From: Octopus sinensis
Taxonomy: Eukaryota
Direction of reading: 5' to 3'
Assembly: GCF_006345805.1 (NCBI RefSeq)
Contig: NC_043006.1
Span: 6,262,001 to 6,326,000, forward strand
DNA: 64,000 nucleotides
Shown here: one piece after another, positions 49,901 through 58,909 of the stretch
Layout: every line of letters starts with the position of its first letter
How positions within the stretch are numbered: position 1 is the first letter of the stretch
Position numbers and translations under genes: made by a program
The notes under the pieces: generated by a model
Database searches by the model: none
The model's input: only the letters and a program-made list of their open reading frames with translations
What the model was told of the DNA's origin: nothing

Positions 49901-52900
49901 CTCATTAACTGTCCTATTCACAATAGTTATGTGCAAGTGGACAAATGTAGTATATCGAATAGAATGCAACAAATGTAAGGCGTTTTATATAGGCAGCACA
50001 ACTCAAACTTTGCATCTCACATTAAAGAACACCTTGACACGCGCATTGATAAACACATTGATAAATGTAAAAATACCAACAAACAAATTAAAGTTACTAT
50101 TGAAGCCAATGATAGAAATCTTGGAGGCTTAAGAATTAAGGAAGCTTTGATTATCTATAAATTAAACCCACAAATAAATAATAGATTGGAGCTAGGCATG
50201 CAATACATAACATGACATACACAGAGGAACATTTGTTACACATTAGAAAAGAGGTGATGAAAATTGATTTGTGGAGCGATAAGTTAATAATTGACGTCAC
50301 TAACAAAAACTAAGAAGAGAAACGCTTGAAAATTCAAATATAATCATTGAATTATTTTATCTCTGACAAAAAACATCTAACCAAGGACAGTTCCTTTTTA
50401 ACCCTGAAGAAAGAGCTTGATGTCCCGAAATATTGGATACATATAAGACCAAAGATTACCAGGTAACTTACTTTTTAAAATCTATTTGCATTGTTTGCCT
50501 TTTTACATTTTTTAACATTATATATACACACACATACACGTGTCTATATTTCTTGTTGTTTGTATTCGTAATTGTGTACCAAGTTCTTCGGTTTTTTTTT
50601 TGTTTTTTTGCCATATACATTCACTAGCTTTCTTACAAAGAGGTGTAATGCTCTTAGCTTAGACTTTGGGAGGGGGGGGGGCAACCAGATCGAACCATCT
50701 CATGTGTAACTGCCCGAAATGGTCGACTTCTGGGACTTGACTGATGAAAGAAAGCCGAGAATGACCCATTTATTTTTACCTGTCCTAATTGTAGTTTCTC
50801 TTGCCCACTTTTGTATCACCTATCTGTCCAAATGTTTTAATGCTTTCTATTGCCGTTTTGTTCCATTTTCATATTTACATATATATGCATATATCCATGT
50901 GTGCTTCCCTTTCTCTCTCACATATACTCACAGACGTGCGTACACAGGAAAAGTTAAGAATTATCAACAAAAACAAAGCTGATAAGTACACACAGGGGTT
51001 GCAAATTAAGTTTAATTGCCAATAAACACCAGCTTGGATGACACTTTACTCAACCAAGTAAAATATGTAAAATATGGCCCAGACCGTGATTACCAGCATA
51101 TATGTCAGACTTCAAAAAGTAGTTAACCATTTAATGGTTTTAGTAAATTTATACAAAAAAAGCATGCATTATATCGTCCAACATAAATAGCAGTCAACTT
51201 CCTTATATTTAAGCCCATTAAATGAATCAACTTCCGGTACAAATGTTTACATTTTGTACGTCTTTTGTCAACAAAAATTTTTAAATTCTAAAAAAATTCT
51301 GAAAACAATCCACTCGTGTAAATTACGCATCCCCTAAAGTTTGTTTTTATTTTTGCGAAAAAAGTACGTAAATTACATGATTTTTTCCAGTAATCAATAT
51401 TAGTTGTCACTGACTGATTGTGTTTTAGCAATATTTGAAGTTTCTGAGCAAAACAGTTGCAAAATACTTGCCTTCATTATGATTCCAGGTAACGTCTGCA
51501 GCACTGTAGTTTAAGGTGATGTTCTTACCAACTCGAAAGTTGGCCTTTTCTTCAAAATTCTCTTCTCCAATTGAAAATATTTTGAATACTTCAATTTAAA
51601 GAAAAAAAATTACAAAATAAAATGAATAGACATTAAAAGACAGAAACTATAAGTAAATTAACTTCTTTATGAAATGAAAGTTTTCAATAAAAGATTTTCT
51701 TAATCAAGTCAGTCATCATCATCGTTTAACGTCCATTTTCTATGTTGGCATGGGTTGGATTGTTTGACTGGGGACTAGCAAGCTAGAAGGCCTCACCAGG
51801 CTTCAATCTGATCTGGCAATGTTTCTACAGCTGGACGCCCTTCCTAACGCCAACCATGCCAAGAGGGTAGTGGGTGCTTTTTATGTGCCACTGGCACAGG
51901 AGCCAGTAGGTGGCACTGGCATCGGTCATGTTTGGATGATGCTTTTTATGTGCTACCGGCACAGGAGCCAGTTGGGGTGGTGGAGGACATCAACCACGTT
52001 TGGATGGTGCTTTTTACATGTCACCGGCACAGGGAACCAATCAGGTGGCACTGGCAACAACCAACGCATGAATGGTGCTTATTGCTTTCCACTAGTATGG
52101 GAGCCAGTCAGGCAGCACTGGCATCGGCCACAACTAGAATTTTCATTTGATTGTGATTTGATTTTTGATTTTGATTTTACTAGAGTCAGTAGGTCTCCTC
52201 AAGCACATCGTGCCACCCGACAATTCAAAGGTAGTTTTTAAATGGGCTGGTTATGCAACACTGGTATAGACTACGGCTGTGATCTCACTTTACTTACCGG
52301 GTCTTCTTAATCACAGCATATCTCCAGAGGTCTCGGTCTTTCGTCATTGCCTCGGTGAGGCCCAACGTTCGAAAGTCATGCTTCACCACCTCAACCCATG
52401 TCTTCCTGGGTCCCCCTCTTTCACAGGTTCCTTCCACTGTTAGGGAGTGACACTTCTTCACACAGCTCTCCTCATCCATATGCAGCACATGACCATACCA
52501 GCGCAGTTATCTCTCTTGCATGCCACATCTGATGCTTCTTATGTCCAACATTTCTCTCAGAGTGCTTACACTGCTGTGTGTGCACACTGACATTACACAT
52601 CCAGCAGATCATGCTAGCTTCCTTTCTTTCGAGCCTATGCATATCCTCTGCAGTCCCAGCCTATGTTTCACTGCCATGAAGCATGGCAGTTTGCACTCAT
52701 GCATTGTACAATCTACCTTTCACTCTGAGCGAGAGACCCTTTGTCATCAGTAGAGGCAGGAGCTTTCTGAACTTTGCCCAGGCTATTCTCATGGCAATGC
52801 TCTCTGAGCATCCACCCCAACTACAGACTTGGTCACCAAGGTAGCAGAAGCTATCAACTACTTCTAGTTTCTCCCCCTGGCATGTGATGGAATCCATTTT

Positions 52901-54987
52901 CTGAGCATCTCTAGTGTTTATTGCCCCTGTGCATCTGTGGCACACAAAAGCTATCTTCAGTGTGGTTAAGAAATTTGTTTACAAACTCCGTGATTTCAAG
53001 TTCAGTCTATTGTATAGTATTTTGGGCAAATGTCTTCTTCAGGATCAACCAAAGCTGTGCAGGTGGACAGTAGACAAAATCTGAAAGAAGCTTGTCGCGC
53101 GCGCGCGTGTGTGTCCGTCCTTGTCTTCCCATTGTGTAACAGTTGTGAAATGAGTGTCACTGTCATACAAGTGCTGTCCTCCATTTACAATATTCCATGA
53201 AAACATGCCCAACCATTGGGAAATATTAACTTATTTTGAAACAGGTAAGAGTTGGTGATTGGAAGGACATCTAGTTGCAAAAAAATCTGCCCCAACACAT
53301 TCTATCTGACCCATGTAAGCATGAACAAGCAGATGCTAAAAGGATAATAGTGATGACTGATCGATCAGGACAGATTTCTTTCAGTTTTCATCTATGAAAT
53401 CCACTCTCAAGGCTTTGATCAGCCCAAAATTACAGAAGATACTTGCCCAAGATGCTGTACTGTGGGATTAAGCTATGTGTGGGGAATGAAATTCTTAACC
53501 ATATAGACATGCCTTCACCTATAACCAACAAACCAATTCTTATTTAATAGTATTCATCATCATCATCGTTTAATGTCTGCTTTCCATGCTAGCATGGGTT
53601 GGACGATCTTGACTGAGGACCGGCGAACCAGATGGCTGCACCAGGCTTCAATTTTGATCTGGCAGAGTTTCTACAGCTGGATGCCCTTCCTAATGCCAAC
53701 CACTCTGAGAGTGTAGTGGGTGCTTTTACTTGTCACCGGCACAGGGGCCTGTCAGGCGGTACTGGCAACGACCTCGCTCGAATCTTTTACACATGCCACC
53801 GGCGCAGGTGCCAGTAAGGCGATGCTGGTAACGATCACGCCATTCCACTGTACAAAAGCTGAAGTGTGAGCTTAATTGAAAAACATGTGAAATATTTGTA
53901 ATACAATGAGAATATCATCCTCCAAATAGAAATGAAAGAATTTTTCCTACCTTGACGTCCTGCAATAACAACCTGATTAGCATCTTTATTAAGGGCTATG
54001 GCATTAATTTGTTCTTGAACACAATGTTGGATGGATATGGCAGAATGCTCTCTCACTGAAATAAAAAGATTAAAATTACACATTCCATTAACATTAGATT
54101 TGTTTCTTTGAATATCATTTTGTAAGACACTGTACTTTTGATTTTTGACACTGCATACATGACTTGACCCATGAACGAATATCTTTATTCATACCAGGCC
54201 AAACAAAACGACTTGATATCAACTTTAATGAAGCTTCTATACCTGAATGAGATAAATTATGTAAGCTAGAAAAAACATTTTTTCTATGCTTTTCAGGCAC
54301 AAATGGTCTCGAAAAACCTGTAGAAATATCACACCAAATATGTGAATTACACGAATGGATCAGCAACATTTTAAATTTTAAAGAAGTTGAATTGGAATTT
54401 TTATACTAAGAAAATTCTTTATCTGCAACTTGATAGTTGAATTATTAACAAATATTTAAAAGTTGAAACAAGAAGAACGCTGAAGAAGAAACTTTAGGAA
54501 AGAAAATTTTAGCTGCACTTTCTAGCAATATAAAAATATTTTGAGCTGTTGAAAGCTTAATAACATAACGAAAAAAAAAAGGCACTGTCATGCTTTTAGT
54601 TGTCAGAAGTGAAAGTAGTCAACTTCGTGTATTTCCGTCGTCAGGTTTATACCTTCGTTAATTTACGTACCACCACGCTGTTAGGTTTATAAAACAATTG
54701 AAGTTCAGTTTAAAGTTTATAAATAAATACATTTCATTCCATGTTCTGTTTGAACTTTATAAATAAATATATTCTTGCAGTGTGTGTATATGTCTGACTA
54801 ATGTGTGTGTGTGTCTATATTTATTGTATGTGTGTATAAGTAGTTATATACTTATATTATCCATTATAATGGATAATATAAGTATATAACTACTTATACA
54901 CACATACAATAAATATATTTGTCTGTTGAAATCCGTTTTAAGGCGGTCAATAGTTTAATTAAAGATGTGTCTGTCTATACATGTATG

Positions 54988-55032
<45 letters not shown>

Positions 55033-56927
55033 ATACATATATATATATATATGTGTGTAATGTATACACATGTGTATATATATATATACATACATGTGTA
55101 TACATATATATATGTGTGTAATGTATACACATGTGTGTATATATATATATATATATACATGTGTATACATATATATATGTGTGTAATGTATACACATGTA
55201 TATATATATATTATATATATATATATATATACACATGTATAGACACATCTTTAATTAAACTATTGACCGCCTTAAAACGGATTTCAACAGACAAATATTA
55301 CTATAATGGATAATATGTAGCAATAGCCATTTTAGCCATTTTGAAATGTGGCGCGAATTGGCAAAATGACGAAGAAACATCATTTTCGTCTTTTTTCTAT
55401 TGTTTCATCTTTTGGAGCCCATCGGTAAATGTTTGTGCCATGTCCAAGTTAATCACAAATCTATTTTGATTTGTTGGTTAACGTATTAGAAAGAAGAAAT
55501 TAGCCAAGGAATTTAAAGTCGTTTTTCTTCACGACTAAAGTATCTTTCTTATTGTAAATAAATATAAAATGTTATATTTATATAATAAAAACAATTAAAA
55601 AGAAATGTTTCTCTTCACGTTAATTTTTCAACTGAGTATAGATAAATATGCATTTCTGTAATCTTTGATTTATGTTTCTTATAGCGGTTCAAAGGACACG
55701 ATTCAAATATTCAACATACATGGTATGTACATGCGTATATGTCTATATATGACGTTATAACTGCAGTTAGGGTTTTAGATATAATGATAACACTTGAGTA
55801 TAAGTGAGGTTGAATCATTATATTCTTCCTTTCTCAGAGAAAAGCCTAAATAAATTGTCAAGAAGGCTGAGGGTGTCTTGGCATCACTCACCAAATCCTT
55901 TGTGAGCCGCTCTCCGGCTATCTATCTGCAGCTTTATATAGCTATGGTGTAACCTCACCTGGAATTTGCATCACCAGTCTGGAGCCCCTATCTTGCCCAG
56001 GATATTGTCTGGAAGCCGTTCAGCGATGTGCAACCAAGAGAATACCCTCCATCAGGCATTTGCCATATTCTGAACGCCTTACTTCCCTGGGCATGGACAC
56101 ATTGAAACTCCGACGTCTGGCAGCTGACTTGGCAGACACCCACAAAATTATTAACCATCTTACAAACAATAACACTGAGCACCTTTTCAAACTCCATCTG
56201 TCCAACACCCATGGACATGTTTACAAAGTCAGAAAACAGCGCAGCTCCCATGAGTTTTGGAAACATTTTTTCACGCTAAGAGTTGCTGAAGCGTGGAACA
56301 AACTGCCGGCATCAGTTGTTAGTTGTCGGAGCACTGGATTCCTTCAAAACTTCCATGCTTCCTGAGATTCGCCAACACTACACCTGATTTTCTCCCCTCC
56401 ATACACACACAAGCATGTATCTGACTCATACATTGTTCACTTTCCAGACATTTCTACATTACTGCATGTACTTTATATGCACTTTCTGACAAGTTGTGGT
56501 GCACCTGAACACTGTATACAATAATTTCATTATTATTATAGCGGTTTAAAGGACACGATTAAAATCTTCAACATACATGGTATATACATGCGTATATGTC
56601 TATATATGACGTTATAACTGCAGTTAGGGTTAAAGATATAATGATAACACTTGAGTATAAGTGATGTTGAATCATTATATTCTTCCTTTCTCAGAGGAAA
56701 GCCTAAATGAATAATATAAGATAAGAGAAAGCTTCAGGTAGGAACATGGAAATAGGGAAACACCCCTTTGAAGCCAGGCATCGTTAGACATTTAGGTGAG
56801 GAGTAGAAACCCCCAAAGAATAGAGAATGACAAACTGTCGATGCTTGGCTGAAGTCTTTTAGAAGAGATTCTGGTAAACAGCAAAAGGTTAAATGGTTAA
56901 ACAAGTTTCACCTTTCTCTGTCTCCAT
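21080..56927 (-). CDS. WDR24: WD repeat-containing protein 24 (GATOR2 complex subunit, yeast SEA2/RTC1 homolog); 18 coding exons
   Basis: Manual splicing in transcript order: 56927-56912, 54055-53951, 51588-51472, 48343-48266, 47619-47513, 47267-47142, 46086-45955, 43845-43647, 42895-42671, 40576-40464, 38244-38128, 34530-34407, 30995-30918, 29611-29445, 26688-26431, 25253-25151, 22885-22693, 21215-21080. All phases join into one ORF of 2394 nt. Motifs match WDR24 from memory: [59 protein letters not shown], and the C-terminal Zn[22 protein letters not shown]...CGHYCEYS*. Confidence 0.95.
22000..22310 (-). mobile_element. tRNA-derived SINE related to family D with a different tail
   Basis: Head tggcctagtggttagagcagcggactcgcggtc; second copy at about 41305-41600(-). 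Confidence 0.8.
22693..22885 (-). CDS. WDR24: WDR24 coding exon 17 (zinc finger)
   Basis: [18 protein letters not shown]...CHRCNK...CSKC...VCGV; tttcag / gtgagt. Confidence 0.94.
23920..24150 (+). mobile_element. CR1 3' UTR fragment
   Basis: Matches 3590-3800; (TTA)n tail. Confidence 0.8.
24584..24958 (-). mobile_element. Non-autonomous Helitron (family 2)
   Basis: CTAG|T 3' end, 15-bp terminal hairpin, (TA)n 5' end; close copy at 44334-44684. Confidence 0.72.
25151..25253 (-). CDS. WDR24: WDR24 coding exon 16
   Basis: [34 protein letters not shown]; ttcaag / gtatgt. Confidence 0.93.
25495..25722. mobile_element. piggyBac-like MITE
   Basis: TTAA-CCCTTTAG...CTAAAGGG-TTAA. Confidence 0.85.
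26431..26688 (-). CDS. WDR24: WDR24 coding exon 15
   Basis: [15 protein letters not shown]...[16 protein letters not shown]; caacag / gtaagt. Confidence 0.92.
26757..26985. mobile_element. piggyBac-like MITE (second family)
   Basis: TTAA-CCCTTATGTTAC...GTAACAAAAGGG-TTAA. Confidence 0.85.
27518..28031 (-). mobile_element. Non-autonomous Helitron
   Basis: Minus strand A|TC...CTAG|T ends and a subterminal GC-rich hairpin. Confidence 0.8.
28878..29311. mobile_element. piggyBac-like MITE with an RTE-tail element inserted (about 28920-29137)
   Basis: MITE halves match 18731-18958 on either side of the insert. Confidence 0.75.
29445..29611 (-). CDS. WDR24: WDR24 coding exon 14
   Basis: [37 protein letters not shown]...DKH; ctacag acceptor; donor gtttgt is less certain. 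Confidence 0.8.
30170..30568 (+). mobile_element. SINE family A copy
   Basis: Near full length, highly similar to 38365-38757. Confidence 0.88.
30918..30995 (-). CDS. WDR24: WDR24 coding exon 13
   Basis: [25 protein letters not shown]; ttacag / gtacgt; phase 1-1; poorly conserved linker. Confidence 0.75.
31867..33238 (+). mobile_element. RTE LINE 3' fragment (frameshifted) with 3' UTR
   Basis: [10 protein letters not shown]...[14 protein letters not shown]...RLRWYGHV; frameshift near 32430; (GAT)n tail. Confidence 0.92.
33790..34240 (+). mobile_element. Old RTE LINE remnant
   Basis: Degenerate match to the [26 protein letters not shown] segment of the younger copies. Confidence 0.55.
34407..34530 (-). 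CDS. WDR24: WDR24 coding exon 12
   Basis: [20 protein letters not shown]...DKPDMEK; ctgcag / gtaagt. Confidence 0.88.
34642..34812 (+). repeat. About 170-bp repeat unit with hammerhead-like motif (unit 1)
   Basis: CTTT-CTGTAGA-A-GAGC(gtag)GCTC-GAA-ACGT-A-AAAG at 34685-34720; direct repeat of 36812-36981. Confidence 0.65.
34840..36775 (-). mobile_element. RTE-clade LINE, 5'-truncated, with uninterrupted 439-aa RT ORF (36769-35450)
   Basis: [31 protein letters not shown] motifs; RTE-type C-terminus [18 protein letters not shown]; (CAT)n tail at 34841-34861. Confidence 0.95.
36790..36981 (+). repeat. Repeat unit with hammerhead-like motif (unit 2)
   Basis: Identical hammerhead-like motif at 36856-36891. 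Confidence 0.65.
38128..38244 (-). CDS. WDR24: WDR24 coding exon 11
   Basis: [39 protein letters not shown]; tttcag / gtaaat. Confidence 0.93.
38365..38757 (+). mobile_element. SINE family A copy
   Basis: Near full length. Confidence 0.88.
39517..39860. repeat. 81-bp inverted repeat with 182-bp spacer
   Basis: 39517-39597 versus 39780-39860, no mismatch seen. Confidence 0.9.
40464..40576 (-). CDS. WDR24: WDR24 coding exon 10
   Basis: [37 protein letters not shown]; tttcag / gtaagt; phases 1 to 0 fit both neighbours. Confidence 0.8.
40700..41115 (-). mobile_element. SINE family A copy (inverted)
   Basis: Reverse complement of 38365-38757 with an expanded (TA)n. Confidence 0.88.
42671..42895 (-). 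CDS. WDR24: WDR24 coding exon 9
   Basis: [38 protein letters not shown]...; tttcag / gtaagt. Confidence 0.93.
43093..43585 (+). mobile_element. CR1 LINE 3' fragment
   Basis: Same family as 3290-3800. Confidence 0.88.
43647..43845 (-). CDS. WDR24: WDR24 coding exon 8
   Basis: [26 protein letters not shown]...[23 protein letters not shown]; aatcag / gtatgt. Confidence 0.95.
44334..44684 (-). mobile_element. Non-autonomous Helitron (family 2)
   Basis: Homologous to 24584-24958. Confidence 0.72.
45955..46086 (-). CDS. WDR24: WDR24 coding exon 7
   Basis: [44 protein letters not shown]; aaatag / gtaagt. Confidence 0.94.
47142..47267 (-). CDS. WDR24: WDR24 coding exon 6
   Basis: [42 protein letters not shown]; ttatag / gtcatt. 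Confidence 0.92.
47513..47619 (-). CDS. WDR24: WDR24 coding exon 5
   Basis: [35 protein letters not shown]; ttacag / gtaagg. Confidence 0.93.
47722..48115 (-). mobile_element. Non-autonomous Helitron
   Basis: A|TC...CTAG|T; 3' end shared with 27518 copy, different interior. Confidence 0.8.
48266..48343 (-). CDS. WDR24: WDR24 coding exon 4
   Basis: [25 protein letters not shown]; tctcag / gtaagt. Confidence 0.92.
49820..50700 (+). mobile_element. Penelope-like element (second family): GIY-YIG fragment with inverted 5' segment
   Basis: [20 protein letters not shown]...[17 protein letters not shown] on +; inverted copy [19 protein letters not shown] on -; hammerhead-like motif at 50401-50440; right boundary approximate. 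Confidence 0.75.
51472..51588 (-). CDS. WDR24: WDR24 coding exon 3 (ends at a GC donor)
   Basis: [38 protein letters not shown]; AAG|gcaagt donor. Confidence 0.9.
51712..52950 (-). mobile_element. Decayed RTE LINE 3' fragment
   Basis: [31 protein letters not shown]; RTE-type 3' UTR and (GAT)n tail. Confidence 0.85.
53951..54055 (-). CDS. WDR24: WDR24 coding exon 2
   Basis: [34 protein letters not shown]; tttcag acceptor, gtagga donor. Confidence 0.9.
54115..54365 (-). mobile_element. Gypsy-type integrase zinc-finger (HHCC) fragment in WDR24 intron 1
   Basis: [31 protein letters not shown]...[26 protein letters not shown]. Confidence 0.85.
54816..55320. repeat. Perfect 102-bp palindrome adjoining a 57-bp inverted repeat around a TA-rich minisatellite
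   Basis: 54816-54917 is self-complementary (centre ccatta|taatgg); 54914-54970 is inverted at 55241-55297. Confidence 0.9.
55852..56538 (+). mobile_element. CR1 LINE 3' fragment flanked by a 173-bp direct duplication
   Basis: Extends further 5' ([15 protein letters not shown]-like segment); flanks 55679-55851 and 56536-56708 are direct repeats. Confidence 0.9.
56912..56927 (-). CDS. WDR24: WDR24 tentative coding exon 1 (METEK+G)
   Basis: aagATGG start context, then AAG|gtgaaa donor in phase 1, matching the phase-1 start of the next exon; CpG-richer region upstream. Confidence 0.6.
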
Positions 56928-57180
56928 CTTTCGAAAGCTGCCAACAGTCTCCAAATCCATCCACCCGGAACAAATGTTCTTTCGTGAAGGTTAAGGATAT
57001 TTCCTTTTGGTTGCTTTCTTTTGTGGCAGAGATTCGCAAAAGAGAAACAAAAATTCTTCCTTTTTTTCGATTCTAAACGAAAACAAGAATTGCTTTACAC
57101 ATGTGACCTTTTACCGGTGTGACGTTATTTATTTCCCCCTTCGATAAAAATACCGGGATACGATTTGGTCCGGGGAAAAG
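56928..57180 (-). promoter_or_regulatory. Probable WDR24 promoter / 5' UTR region
   Basis: Locally CpG-richer sequence (several CCGG, a CCGGAA ETS-like site near 56965) directly upstream of the candidate ATG. Confidence 0.4.
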
Positions 57181-57404
57181 GAGATGAAATTTAATAATTA
57201 ATAATGAAATTATTGTATACAGTGCTCAGGTGCACCACAGCAACCTCTGGGAAGGTCGGAATAAAACTAAAACTCAGACCATTTTTTTCCTTTGTCTCAT
57301 AATTATCTTTTGTTAACTTTGAATATGGAAATACGACCTTAATTGTGTTGTTTACGATATAGTTACACCCCGCCCTGTTTATTTAAAAAATTATATGAAA
57401 TTAA

Positions 57405-57822
57405 GGCGATATTTCGTCTCTATTAGACCTTTCCGTCGATTTCCGTAAAAAAATTTATTTTTTTTTTACATATGGGCTTGCGGGAACTTTTGAAGTAATA
57501 TACATACATATACACATACACCGAGTAAAAAATTTCAGTTATCTCTTTCTTTCACACATTACTCTGTCTCTTCACACACACTAACAGAAGCACTTCACTT
57601 ACACAACATACTGTCTGTCTCCCACACCCCATCAAACACACACACATGTACATCAATGCTTTCCATGCACGGTAACTTCAAAAGAACTTCCCTCGTCATA
57701 AAATGGTTTTCTCTTAGTCTCTTTCGCTCTCATTACTTCAAAAGTTCCCGCAAGCCCATATGTAAAAAAAAAAATTTTTTACGGAAATCGACGGAAAGGT
57801 CTACTAGAGACGAAAGATTGCC
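57405..57822. mobile_element. Long-TIR MITE (Mutator- or hAT-like)
   Basis: About 94-bp TIRs starting GGC; 8-bp TSD with one mismatch (GAAATTAA / GAAATGAA). Confidence 0.65.
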
Positions 57823-58648
57823 GAAATGAAAATTGTTTTGCAATTGTATTATATTTAATTTTATAAATTAAGACCCGAGTAACGTGCACAGAATTGATGA
57901 ATAAAATTAAGGGGGACGTGAACTCCTAAATATATGTCAATCATTATATACGTTTTATACGCAGAAATTTCTGAAATATTTATTTTTGAAATGCAGATAT
58001 ACACAAAAAATAGCAAAGAAGAAAGAAATTATTGAGAAGATTATTTGGAAATGTTCTTATAGCTTGTTTATGAGAACAAAGGTTGAACTCTTGAATATAT
58101 GGGAAACATTTAGTTTCAAGAATTACACCCTTTTTAATTTTGTTTCAATTTGACATCTTCTTAAGTTAACTCTTTAAACAGCATCCATGCTAGTAAATAT
58201 ACCACTTCTTTTGTAAGCAAGATTATCTCTTTTGGTAGTAAATTTACAAAATATTCTTTTGCTGCAATTCTGAAAATGGAAAAAAACAATCACAGGTGAT
58301 TGATCTTCCATTTAGAACACATTACCACATTAAATATTTTGTTTTTCAACAGGATTTATTCATTCACAAATAAACATTCTCCGTCCAGAAAACTTCAGTT
58401 GAATACTTCTTAGCCCTCAAATATAACTCCACATTTTGTCAAATTAGAATTTTCGATCACCACATCTATAATTGTCAGTAATCATACTCCATCTTTACCA
58501 TAATAAGTTTAGCAAGAAACTAACTTCAGAAGGAAACCCAGTACTCCTAGGTCAGTCTTCTGCAATCCGTAAATTGTTCTGAAAACAAACTATGCCCTAA
58601 ACAATTCTATTTGTCTATACCAATAAAAGTACAACTTTGTATAGGCAT

Positions 58649-58863
58649 TTAACCCTTTAGCATTCAGATTTATTGCTTATTTATTCATACTGTTTTGAAT
58701 TAATCACATATTATTTTGCCACTTCAAAATTTAAACGGTGTGTTTGTATATTTTTAAAATGACATTGTAGGGTAGGTGTGAGAGGTTGGATCCAGACAGT
58801 TTTAACATAAAACAGGTAGAATATTTGAGCCGGATATGGCCGGATTAAATGCTAAAGGGTTAA
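58649..58863. mobile_element. piggyBac-like MITE
   Basis: TTAA-CCCTTTAG...CTAAAGGG-TTAA. Confidence 0.85.
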
Positions 58864-58909
58864 TGATTCTGACATTGGTACTTTGGTAAGTACTGTAAAA
58901 GTTACATTA

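Noticed and set aside
50710-50765. GAAA...CTGATGA as a type-II hammerhead
   Set aside because: Stem I cannot pair next to the core and stem II partners are absent.
54919-55313. Several long ORFs in the ORF track (also 13285-13810, 39929-40307)
   Set aside because: They are translations of (TA)n and (TG)n microsatellites.
55300-55345. AAAATGGCT (YY1-like) ATGs as the WDR24 start (MAKMAI...)
   Set aside because: The frame stops after 12 codons and has no phase-1 donor; the 56927 ATG fits better.
58203-58269. Possible minus-strand exon (IAAKEYFVNLLPKEIILLTKEV) with AG/GT borders
   Set aside because: It ends in phase 0, incompatible with WDR24 exon 2; there are no consistent neighbouring exons and no recognisable homology.
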